Positions 1-9,676 of a stretch of DNA of 64,000 nucleotides are shown here, in pieces (position 1 is the stretch's first letter; the number at the start of each line of letters is the position of its first letter). Location: contig VGZR01000008.1 in NCBI GenBank assembly GCA_016872515.1, forward strand, positions 4,112-68,111. Direction: 5' to 3'. The position numbers were made by a program, and so were the translations under genes. This DNA is from SAR202 cluster bacterium (lineage in GTDB: Bacteria > Chloroflexota > Dehalococcoidia > Lucifugimonadales > VGZR01). The notes under the pieces were generated by a model, which saw only the letters and a list, made by a program, of their open reading frames with translations, had not been told where the DNA came from and ran no database searches.

Positions 1-1653
1 GAGGAAGTCCATCTTGAGTAGGCCCAGTGTGGCGATGGGGTCCATCGCGTACTGGGTCATGGTGACCGACTGGTCGTCGCCCTTGACCGGCCGTTGGAGC
101 GGGACGTACTCGTCCAGCGGCTCCTTGGAGATGACGACGCCTGCCGCATGGGTGCTCGAGTGGCGGACGAGGCCCTCCAGCCCGCGGGCGGTGTCCACCA
201 GCTTGCGGATGATTTCGTCGGCCTGGTACATCTCGGCCAGTTCGGGTGTCGTGGCGATGGCGTCCTCTAGGGTGATGTGCAGCCGGAAAGGCACCAGTTT
301 GGCGACGCGGTCCACATCGGCGTACGGCATCGCCAGCGCGCGGCCCACGTCGCGGATGGAGGCGCGGGCGCCCAGGGTGCCGAAGGTGATGATTTGGGCA
401 ACGTGGTCGCGACCGTACTTGGCCGTGACGTAGTTGATGACCTCGTCGCGCCGGTCGTCCTGGAAGTCCATGTCGATATCGGGCATCTCTCGCCGCTCGA
501 CATTCAGGAACCGCTCGAAGACCAGGCGGTACGGCAGCGGGTTCACATCGGTGACGCCGAGGCAGTACAACACCAGGCTAGCGGCGGCGCTCCCGCGGAC
601 GGCGAAGTAGATCTCGCGCTCTCGGACGAACCGCGCGATGTCCCATACGACGAGGAAATAGTTAGCGAAACGGGTCTGCCTGATGACCTCCAGTTCATAG
701 GCGAGCCGCTTCTCCTCCTCGGATGTGACGCCGGACAGGCGGCGCCGCAGGCCCTCCCAGCACAGCTTGGCGAGGTATTCGTCTGCGGTCATCCCTGCGG
801 GTACTGGGTACTCGGGAAGCCGCTGGGACAGGTCGAGGGTGATGTCGCACATGTCGGCCACGGCCTGGGTGTTGCGCACCGCCTCGGGCAGGTCGGCGTA
901 TAGCTCGGCCATCTCTTGCGGACTCTTGAGGTAGTACGAGTCCTCCTCCATCCGCAGCCGTTTCTCGTCCAGGATGTTCGTGTTGGTATGGATACAGATG
1001 AGGATGTCTTGGAGTCCCGCATCCTCGCGGCGGACATAGTGGGCGTCGTTCGTGGCAACGAGGGGCAACTTGGTCTCTTGGTGCAGACGCATCAACCCTT
1101 CGTTGATGGCGGGCAGCTCGGGGACACCGCCGTGGCGCATGACCTCCAGGTAGTACCCGTCGAACCGCTCACGGTACCAGGTTGCAGCAGCCTTTGCCTC
1201 CTCGATACGTCCCGACGCCACAAGATGCGGCACCTCGGCACTGGGGCAGCCCGACAGGACGATGAGGCCCTCGTGGTACTGTTCCAACAGTTCGCGGTCC
1301 ACCCGTGGCTTGTAGTAGAACCCCTCCAGGTGGGCCTTCGTGACCAGCTTGACGAGGTTCTTGTAGCCCTTCTCATTGCGGGCCAGGACGGTGAGGTGAT
1401 ACGGGTTCTTCGCCTCGCTGGTGCGCGCGTGACGGCTGGCCTGGGCGACATACATCTCGCAGCCGATGATGGGCTTGATACCTGCGGCTTTGGCGGCCTG
1501 GTAGAAAGTTACGGCACCATACAGACCGCCGTGGTCAGTGATGGCCAGCGCCTCCATACCCAGTTCCTTGGCGCGCTGCACCATCGGCTCGATGCGGCAC
1601 AGCCCGTCCAGCAGGCTGTACTCGGTGTGGACATGTAGGTGGGTGAACAACAC
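1..1653 (-). CDS. dnaE: DNA polymerase III alpha subunit, N-terminal 551 codons (gene continues past window start)
   Basis: Absent from the ORF track because it runs off the edge. My minus-strand translation from GTG 1653 (or TTG 1650) reads LFTHLHVHTEYSLLDGLCRIEPMVQRAKELGMEALAITDHGGLYG (PHP domain) ... MPDIDMDFQDDRRDEVINYV ... with no stop down to nt 1. Confidence 0.9.
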   Translation of the reverse strand, partial: MLFTHLHVHTEYSLLDGLCRIEPMVQRAKELGMEALAITDHGGLYGAVTFYQAAKAAGIKPIIGCEMYVAQASRHARTSEAKNPYHLTVLARNEKGYKNLVKLVTKAHLEGFYYKPRVDRELLEQYHEGLIVLSGCPSAEVPHLVASGRIEEAKAAATWYRERFDGYYLEVMRHGGVPELPAINEGLMRLHQETKLPLVATNDAHYVRREDAGLQDILICIHTNTNILDEKRLRMEEDSYYLKSPQEMAELYADLPEAVRNTQAVADMCDITLDLSQRLPEYPVPAGMTADEYLAKLCWEGLRRRLSGVTSEEEKRLAYELEVIRQTRFANYFLVVWDIARFVREREIYFAVRGSAAASLVLYCLGVTDVNPLPYRLVFERFLNVERREMPDIDMDFQDDRRDEVINYVTAKYGRDHVAQIITFGTLGARASIRDVGRALAMPYADVDRVAKLVPFRLHITLEDAIATTPELAEMYQADEIIRKLVDTARGLEGLVRHSSTHAAGVVISKEPLDEYVPLQRPVKGDDQSVTMTQYAMDPIATLGLLKMDFL

Positions 1654-1742
1654 GGCTCCCGGCGCGATAACGGCGTGGGGGTATTATAGGACGCCGCAAG
1701 GCTGACGCTTCAAGGTTCCGGAGAAGGAGTTGAAGGGAAAAC

Positions 1743-1778
1743 AGAGGGGGCGTCCCAACAAGTTGGGACGCCCCCTCT
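1743..1778 (-). terminator. Hairpin downstream of groEL, probable intrinsic terminator
   Basis: 17-nt inverted repeat AGAGGGGGCGTCCCAAC (1743-1759) / GTTGGGACGCCCCCTCT (1762-1778), about 22 nt past the groEL stop. On the minus strand it is followed by GTTTTCCCTT. Confidence 0.6.
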
Positions 1779-1800
1779 AACTAGCTGCTGTTTGCTTGGC

Positions 1801-3426
<1,626 letters not shown>

Positions 3427-3453
3427 TCATTCGTTCACTGGTGTAGGTGCGGA

Positions 3454-3768
3454 CTACCGCTTGAACAGGATATCGTCCTCGCGAACGACCAGGTACTCGA
3501 TGTCGCCTTCCTTGTACTCGGTACCCGCGAATTTGGAGAATACGACCGTGTCGCCCACGGCGACCTCCATCGGCGTGCGGGTGCCGTCATCGTTGAGCTT
3601 ACCGGGGCCGACGGCGACCACAGTGCCTTCCTGGGGCTTTTCCTTCGCCGTGTCAGGGATATAGATGCCACCAGCGCTCACCTGCTCCTTCTGCTCGTTG
3701 GGGCGGATGACCACGCGGTTGCCCATAGGCTTGAAGCCAGTCTTAGCTTCCTTCTTTGCTACCGCCAT
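3454..3768 (-). CDS. groES: Co-chaperonin GroES (Cpn10)
   Basis: ATG at 3768 preceded by GAAAGGAGGG. Reads MAVAKKEAKTGFKPMGNRVVIRPNEQKEQVSAGGIYIPDTAKEKPQEGTVVAVGPG... The track ORF reaching 3834 is an upstream over-extension. Confidence 0.95.
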   Translation of the reverse strand: MAVAKKEAKTGFKPMGNRVVIRPNEQKEQVSAGGIYIPDTAKEKPQEGTVVAVGPGKLNDDGTRTPMEVAVGDTVVFSKFAGTEYKEGDIEYLVVREDDILFKR

Positions 3769-3837
3769 CGGTTGAGACCCTCCTTTCAACGTTCCGCGGC
3801 ATGGACATGGCGCGATGCGCATTTCGACGGGCAAGAG

Positions 3838-3864
3838 TTAGCAGTCCTTTTTCAAGACTGCTAA
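3838..3864. promoter_or_regulatory. CIRCE-type inverted repeat (HrcA operator) upstream of groES
   Basis: TTAGCAGTC (3838-3846) - 9 nt - GACTGCTAA (3856-3864), a perfect 9-N9-9 palindrome 70 nt upstream of the groES start. CIRCE consensus as I know it is TTAGCACTC-N9-GAGTGCTAA. Confidence 0.8.
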
Positions 3865-3867
3865 CTC

Positions 3868-3897
3868 ATGGTAAGGGACGCTCCATGCCCTTGTCAA
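3868..3897 (-). promoter_or_regulatory. Putative sigma-70-type promoter of groES-groEL
   Basis: Minus strand reads TTGACA (3897-3892) - 18 nt - TACCAT (3873-3868), immediately followed by the CIRCE repeat. Confidence 0.5.
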
Positions 3898-3958
3898 CGG
3901 CACAAAACGACCCAAGCTTGATTGACCCCTTCCCCCAAACGGCCTTATCATCGTCTTC

Positions 3959-4900
3959 ATGGAGCGTGAAGCCGGTCAGGTAGCGGAACCGGCCCTTTTG
4001 AGCACGGTCAAAGCAGTCGTCGAGGGCATCCGTCCCAAACAGTGGACGAAGAACCTCATCGTCTATTTCGCCCTCTTCTTCACCATCCAGGAGGCATGGG
4101 ACCTCAGCGAGCCTACAGCGTTCCTTCCACTGCTTGGCCGGGCGACGCTGGCGTTCCTCCTGTTCTCCGCGCTGACCGGGGCCGTGTATCTCGTCAATGA
4201 CGTGTTCGACGCTGACAAGGACCGGGCGCACCCCAAGAAGCGCCGACGGCCCATCGCGTCGGGACGGCTGGCCCCGTCGCTGGCCCTGGTTGTCGCGGGC
4301 CTCCTGGTGGCCGGAAGCCTCGCCCTGTCATTCCTTCTCTCGCCTTCCTTCGGCGGTGTGGCAGCAGGCTACCTCGCGTTGATGTTGGCCTACACAGTAT
4401 GGCTGAAACGCCTAGTGCTGCTCGATGTCTTCTCCATCAGCGGCGGCTTCGTGCTGAGGGCGGTGGCCGGCGCGGCGGTGCTCGCGGTGCCCATCTCGCC
4501 GTGGCTCTATATCGTCACGGGACTGGGGGCGCTCCTCATCGCCCTGGGGAAGCGGCGCAGCGAGCTAGAAAGGGCGGGGGACGAGGCTGCGGGCCAGCGG
4601 GAGTCGCTGGAACACTACACCAAGAGCCTGGTTGACCAGTTCATCGCCGTCGTCGCGCCCTCAACGCTGGTGGCCTACACGCTCTACACCTTCACCGCGC
4701 CGAACCTCCCCGGCAACCACGCCATGATGCTCACCATCCCCTTCGTCGTCTATGGTCTTTTCCGCTACCTATACCTCGTTCATGCCCGCAACCTGGGCGA
4801 GAACCCCGAGGACATCGTCGTGACGGACCTGCCCCTCATCGTGTGCATCCTCGGCTGGCTGGCCACGGCCGCGACCATCCTCGTCGTGTCCCGCGGCTAG
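3959..4900 (+). CDS. UbiA-family membrane transferase, decaprenyl-phosphate phosphoribosyltransferase-like
   Basis: 313-aa polytopic ORF with NDVFDADKDRAHPKKRRRPIASG (NDxxDxxxD motif). It resembles the Rv3806c type from memory. Confidence 0.8.
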   Translation: MEREAGQVAEPALLSTVKAVVEGIRPKQWTKNLIVYFALFFTIQEAWDLSEPTAFLPLLGRATLAFLLFSALTGAVYLVNDVFDADKDRAHPKKRRRPIASGRLAPSLALVVAGLLVAGSLALSFLLSPSFGGVAAGYLALMLAYTVWLKRLVLLDVFSISGGFVLRAVAGAAVLAVPISPWLYIVTGLGALLIALGKRRSELERAGDEAAGQRESLEHYTKSLVDQFIAVVAPSTLVAYTLYTFTAPNLPGNHAMMLTIPFVVYGLFRYLYLVHARNLGENPEDIVVTDLPLIVCILGWLATAATILVVSRG

Positions 4901-4906
4901 CCGCGG

Positions 4907-6940
4907 ATGGCACCGCCGGAAAACCTGTTCGGAGCCCTCCCCGTCTGGGTCGGCGCGTACGTTCTGTCTGCGCTGGCATTCACGGCGGCAGGTATCGTCC
5001 TGTACCAGCGTGCAGTCAGGCTGATTCTGCTGGGGAGACCATCCATTCGGTTCGACCAGCCCTTGAAGCGGCTCGTCGGCGCTTTGCCGTCAGTGTTCGG
5101 CCAGCGGAAGGTGCTCCAGAGCGTCTCACTACGGGACAGGGCCGGCTTGGCCCACTTCTTCATCTTCTGGGGCTTCATCTCCTTCTTCCTCAGCTACCTC
5201 ATCTTCATCTACGGCGACTCGGCTTGGCATCCCTTCTCGTCCAAGCTCCTCTCCCCGACCGGCGTGAAGGTCTTCGTCTGGTATCTGGAAGTCCTGGTGG
5301 CCGCGTTCCTGGCAGTGCTGGCCTGGGCGGCGGCGCGGCGGTGGGTGGCAAGACCACGCCGGCTGCGCTTCGACCTCACCCAACGGCCCGAGGCCGCCGT
5401 CATCCTCCTCCTCATCGCCTCGCTGATGGTGGCCACGCTGCTGGCTGGGGCGTTCCACGTCGCGGCAGGCGGCACCGGCCCCGAGGCAGCGTCACCCATC
5501 GGCGGGGCCATCGGCCGGCTGATGGCCGAGGCGGGCTTGCCACGGGACATCGCCAACGGGCTGCATGGCCTGTTCTGGTGGCTCCACCTCGGCATCATCC
5601 TGGGCTTCGCCATCTATATCCCGCTGTCCAAACACATGCACATCCTGGGAGCGCCCGTCAGCTTCTTCATGCGCCCGCTGGAACCGCGGGGGGCGCTGAG
5701 CACACCCACAGACCTGGAGACGGCGGAGCAGTTCGGCGCGTCGCGGGTCCAGGACTTCACCTGGAAGGAGCTGCTAGACGGCTACGCCTGCGCCGTCTGC
5801 GGCCGCTGCACCGAAGCCTGCCCCGCCAGCCTGAGCGGAAAGATCCTTTCTCCCATGCACATCGTCGAGAACCTGAAGGAGCACTTATTAGAGACCGGTC
5901 CGGCCCTGGCGAAGGGCCGCGACGAGCAGGAGGCAAAGCCTCTGCTGGGCCGCTGGGTCCAGCCGGAGGCGGTCTGGGACTGTCTGACCTGCGGCGCATG
6001 CGTCCAGGAGTGCCCGGTGGGGGTGGAGCATGTGCAGACCATCGTGGACGTACGCCGTCACCTCGTGATGGACAAGGCGGAAATGCCCGACTCAGCCCGC
6101 AGCGCGTTGCAGAGCATGGAGCAGCGCGGCCACCCCTGGCGGGGTACTACCTTCACCCGCACCACTTGGGCCGAAGGCCTTGGCGTCAATACCCTGGCGG
6201 AACACCCCCAGGCCGGGGTGCTCCTCTGGGTCGGGTGCACCGCTGCGTTGGAGAAGCGCAGCCAGGCCGTCGCGCGCTCCATGGCGCGGGTGCTCCAGCG
6301 GGCCGGAGTGGACTTCGCCATCCTGGGCGACGAGGAGGGCTGCACCGGCGACCCAGCGCGGCGCATGGGCAACGAATACCTCTACCAGATTATGGCCAAG
6401 CAGAACATCGAGACCCTCCGACGGTACAATGTCCGGAAAGTGCTGACCCTCTGCCCTCACTGCTTCAACGTGATGAAGAACGAGTACCCCCACCTGGGCG
6501 GCCTGTTCGAGGTCGTCCACTACAGCGAGTTCGTGGCGGAACTGATAGGCCAGGGCAAGCTCAAGCCCGCCGTCCCTGTCGAGGCCGCAGTCGCCTACCA
6601 CGACTCCTGCTACCTCGGCCGGCAGAACGGCGTGTACGACGCCCCGCGCCGCATCGCGTCCGCCATCCCTGGCGTGCGGCTCGTAGAGATGGAGCGGCGG
6701 CGCGAGCGCGGCTTCTGCTGCGGTGCTGGCGGAGGCCACATGTGGGTCGAAGAGAGCCGCGGCACGCGGGTGAACCACATGCGCACCGGCCAGTTCCTCG
6801 AAACGGACGCCGACACCGTCGGCGTGTCCTGTCCATTCTGCTTGCAAATGTTCACCGAGGGCATCGGCAGCAAGGGATTGGAGGGCAAGAAGCAGGCCCG
6901 TGACCTGCTCGAAGTGCTCGACGAGAGCCTGGGGACCTGA
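4907..6940 (+). CDS. Membrane-anchored Fe-S oxidoreductase (HdrD/GlpC/DsrK-like, CCG-domain protein)
   Basis: 677 aa. N-terminal multi-TM region, then two 4Fe-4S motifs (CAVCGRCTEACP, CLTCGACVQECP), then Cys-rich CCG-type segments (CPHCFNVMK, CCGAGGGHMW, CPFC). Confidence 0.8.
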   Translation: MAPPENLFGALPVWVGAYVLSALAFTAAGIVLYQRAVRLILLGRPSIRFDQPLKRLVGALPSVFGQRKVLQSVSLRDRAGLAHFFIFWGFISFFLSYLIFIYGDSAWHPFSSKLLSPTGVKVFVWYLEVLVAAFLAVLAWAAARRWVARPRRLRFDLTQRPEAAVILLLIASLMVATLLAGAFHVAAGGTGPEAASPIGGAIGRLMAEAGLPRDIANGLHGLFWWLHLGIILGFAIYIPLSKHMHILGAPVSFFMRPLEPRGALSTPTDLETAEQFGASRVQDFTWKELLDGYACAVCGRCTEACPASLSGKILSPMHIVENLKEHLLETGPALAKGRDEQEAKPLLGRWVQPEAVWDCLTCGACVQECPVGVEHVQTIVDVRRHLVMDKAEMPDSARSALQSMEQRGHPWRGTTFTRTTWAEGLGVNTLAEHPQAGVLLWVGCTAALEKRSQAVARSMARVLQRAGVDFAILGDEEGCTGDPARRMGNEYLYQIMAKQNIETLRRYNVRKVLTLCPHCFNVMKNEYPHLGGLFEVVHYSEFVAELIGQGKLKPAVPVEAAVAYHDSCYLGRQNGVYDAPRRIASAIPGVRLVEMERRRERGFCCGAGGGHMWVEESRGTRVNHMRTGQFLETDADTVGVSCPFCLQMFTEGIGSKGLEGKKQARDLLEVLDESLGT

Positions 6941-6963
6941 GCTTACTGTATTGGAGGGAAAGT

Positions 6964-7849
6964 ATGCTGAAGAAGCTTGCCAAGAAAGCCTGGTACAAAG
7001 TGTCCAAGCATCCGCCAGCGATAGTAAGAGCTAACATCTTAGTTGGTTTACTACCCAAGCCACTTGCCGTACGGATATGGGCGCCTTTATTGACAGGGAG
7101 CAAGTCACCCTCGCACTGGCGAAGGTTTTGGTCCAGGCAACTCAATCTTTACTACTACTCAAGGTCGGAAGAGCAGATCAGGCAACTCAATCGAGAGCTA
7201 GTCTGGGGTAGTATTGCCGGCAGAAAGTGGCACCAGCTAAGATCGAGTCTATACACCGACTCGAAGACGCTTCTCACCAACAGAGGCCATTTTGTGTCGG
7301 AGGTCTCTAAGTTCTCAGACAAGCATCCGCAGTCTAGGGAGGTAGTCGAAATTGGAACTGGCCATGGACTATTTCTTGAACTCTTTTACTCGAAACTGTC
7401 TCGAATAGAAAGATTCATCGGCCTCGACATAAACGCTGTCCAGATTGACAACAACAGAGAGAGAGAGAACACCTGGCCGAAGCCTGGAGTATGTATGTGC
7501 CGAAGTGCATGAATGGCTCAGTCAGCACTTAGAAAATGGCACTATTTTGATATCGTGGGGTACTTTTGAATACTTCACACAAAAAGAGCTAACTAGTCTA
7601 CTGATACTGGTGCGCGACAAAAACCGTCAGGCTGCCTTCGCTATAGCTGAGCCCGTCAACATGGATCTGGATAGAGAAACTGAGTCGCGCCCGAGGGGCA
7701 ATACTGCCTTCAGTCATAATTACCCTCACTTGTTTAGGACCACAGGCTACGAGCTTCTATTCACCCGCGTCGAACCCGTAAACCCCGACGTTCCGTTCTA
7801 CAGCAACGTAATGGTAATAGCCACGACGGGCCTGCGTGATGAGCGTTGA
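6964..7849 (+). pseudogene. Class I SAM-dependent methyltransferase, disrupted by a frameshift in an (AG)6A tract
   Basis: ORF 6964-7512 carries VVEIGTGHGLF (motif I) and FIGLDIN. ORF 7445-7849, in the next frame, continues with LEYVCAEVHEWL...GTILISWGTFEYF. The frames switch inside AGAGAGAGAGAGA (7456-7468). Region is about 45-50% GC versus about 63% in the flanks. Confidence 0.75.
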
Positions 7850-9320
7850 AAGCGTCTTTCGTTCGATGACGGCCGAGGGCGTCACGCCCCGCATCAAGGC
7901 CGACGACGTCGAGAAGTTCGTCTCATCGCCAGTCACCTACTGGTGCGACTTGTTCGCGCCAGAGACGGCCATGGACCCCATGAACGACTTCCAGCAACTC
8001 TTACTCAACTACGGCCACAGCCACCAGAGCGATGTGACCTCGCGGCTCGTCGGCCGGGCTGCGCAGGAGGTGTTCGCCAACGAGCTGGAGGGCTTCCGGA
8101 AGACGCTGGCGCTGATGGCGAAGGGAACATCGGCCATGGCCAACATGCCCCTGCTCTGCTGGCCGCTGGGCATCCAGGGACGGCCCGACCTGCTGGTGCG
8201 GGTGGACGGTGTGCCATCCACGTTCGGGGACTACTCCTACCAGGTCGTGGAGATCAAATCGGCCAAGAACATCAAGCGTTCGCACCGGCTCCAGGCAGCA
8301 CTCTATAACCGGCTCTTAGGCCGGGTACAGGGCTATGAGCCTGCCGAGTTCGCCATCGTTAACCGAGACTTCCAGACGGAGCGGGTCGCCATGGCAGACG
8401 TGGAGACCCCGCTAGCAGCCACGTTAGCCTCCATGCGGGCTATCGCTCACGGAGAGCGGATCGTCCCGTGCTACGGCGCGGCCAAGTGGCCGTGGGAGGG
8501 CTACGTGAACGGCCTGGCGCTCGCGGCCAACGACGTGTCGCTTGTTTCGGGGGTCGGCGACAGCACCCGCGCGCTGCTGGCCGCCGTCGGCATCGACACG
8601 GTGGCAGACCTAGCATCGGCGGATGAGGAGCGCTTGAACCGCATCAAGGGCATCGGGGACGCGAAGGCAAGGCGGTTCCTGACTTCGGCCAGGGCTCTCG
8701 TGAGCGGCGCCGTGGTGCCGCGCGGGCCGATGCCGAGAGTGTCCGCCGGCCGGACTCAGGTGTTCCTCGACCTTGAAGGCTCACTACCGGAGATGGCGGA
8801 CGGGGGGCCGGATATCGTGAACTACCTCATCGGCAACGTGGTGCGGGAGAACGACGCGCCCAGCTTCGTCCCCTTCTTCGCCGATGGGCCGGACGGCGAA
8901 GGCCAGAATCTCCGCGAGTTCTTCGACTGGGCTGCTTCCCTGGACGACGCCGTGTTCTATCACTGGAGCGACTACGAACGCATCCATCTGAGCAAGATGG
9001 CCCTGAAGTACGAGGTGGACGAAACCAGGCAGTCGGACGTGTTCGGAAGGCTGGTTGATTTGCGGAAGGTGGCGACGGGCGCCTTCGCGTTCCCCACGCA
9101 AGGCGAGGGGTTGAAGCCCATCGCACGGCATCTGGGGTTCGCGTGGCGCCAGGATGACGTGGACGCGATGGCATCGGTGGCGCTGTACTCGCGCTACACC
9201 GGCTCCGGCGGTGCGGACGACGAGGCAAAGCAGAAGATCCTGACCTACAACGAGGACGACTGCCGCGCCACCATGCACGTCCTCGACTGGCTGACCGGCC
9301 GGGGCGCCAAGGCCGCCTAG
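7836..9320 (+). CDS. TM0106-family RecB/Cas4-like putative nuclease (PD-(D/E)xK N-domain, HhH middle, RNase H-like C-domain)
   Basis: 494 aa. GRPDLLVRVDG...YQVVEIKSAK (D...ExK), GIGDAKARRFL (HhH), C-terminal FLDLEG...YNEDDCRATMHVLDWL (DEDD-like). The start overlaps the methyltransferase 3' end. Confidence 0.75.
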   Translation: MMSVESVFRSMTAEGVTPRIKADDVEKFVSSPVTYWCDLFAPETAMDPMNDFQQLLLNYGHSHQSDVTSRLVGRAAQEVFANELEGFRKTLALMAKGTSAMANMPLLCWPLGIQGRPDLLVRVDGVPSTFGDYSYQVVEIKSAKNIKRSHRLQAALYNRLLGRVQGYEPAEFAIVNRDFQTERVAMADVETPLAATLASMRAIAHGERIVPCYGAAKWPWEGYVNGLALAANDVSLVSGVGDSTRALLAAVGIDTVADLASADEERLNRIKGIGDAKARRFLTSARALVSGAVVPRGPMPRVSAGRTQVFLDLEGSLPEMADGGPDIVNYLIGNVVRENDAPSFVPFFADGPDGEGQNLREFFDWAASLDDAVFYHWSDYERIHLSKMALKYEVDETRQSDVFGRLVDLRKVATGAFAFPTQGEGLKPIARHLGFAWRQDDVDAMASVALYSRYTGSGGADDEAKQKILTYNEDDCRATMHVLDWLTGRGAKAA

Positions 9321-9676
9321 CCCGGCTTCAACACCTTTGCCAGGTCCTTATTGAACTGGTTCTTGGAAAGGACCTGGTCACAGCCCAGAGCCCTCGCCTC
9401 TTCAAGCAGCGCCACGTCAGCGTGCGGGCCGAAGGCGATGACCTTGGTGACGGCCTTCCTCTCGGGCTTCAGTCCAGAGACCACTTTCGTCCACAGGCCC
9501 TTCTCCCCCTCCAGGTCCACCAGGATGAGCGACACGTCGCCTTCGGCGTAGGCCTTCCAAAAGTCGGCCTCGCTGGTGGTCATCCTCAGGCCCAGGCCAT
9601 TGGCCGCCGCCGCGCCGTGGATGCGTGGCACGAAGAAGAGATTCGTGCTGACGAGGAGGACTCTACCCTGTCCCAT
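9317..9676 (-). CDS. Single-domain receiver (CheY)-like protein with degenerate acidic pocket
   Basis: 119 aa. RVLLVSTNLFF (ST in place of the DD pair), SLILVDLEG (Asp retained), KVIAFGPH, VLSKNQF. AAGGAAAGA lies before the ATG. Overlaps the aquaporin stop by 14 nt. Confidence 0.6.
   Translation of the reverse strand: MGQGRVLLVSTNLFFVPRIHGAAAANGLGLRMTTSEADFWKAYAEGDVSLILVDLEGEKGLWTKVVSGLKPERKAVTKVIAFGPHADVALLEEARALGCDQVLSKNQFNKDLAKVLKPG

Noticed and set aside
4843-6903. 686-aa plus-strand ORF overlapping the Fe-S oxidoreductase in another frame
   Set aside because: Arg/Pro/Gly-rich off-frame translation. The 4907-6940 frame carries clear 4Fe-4S and CCG motifs.
6945-9320. Mobile element or genomic island around the low-GC methyltransferase
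   Set aside because: No integrase, transposase, recombinase, flanking direct or inverted repeats, or adjacent tRNA. Only the single gene is compositionally aberrant, so I report it as a compositional anomaly, not a mobile element.
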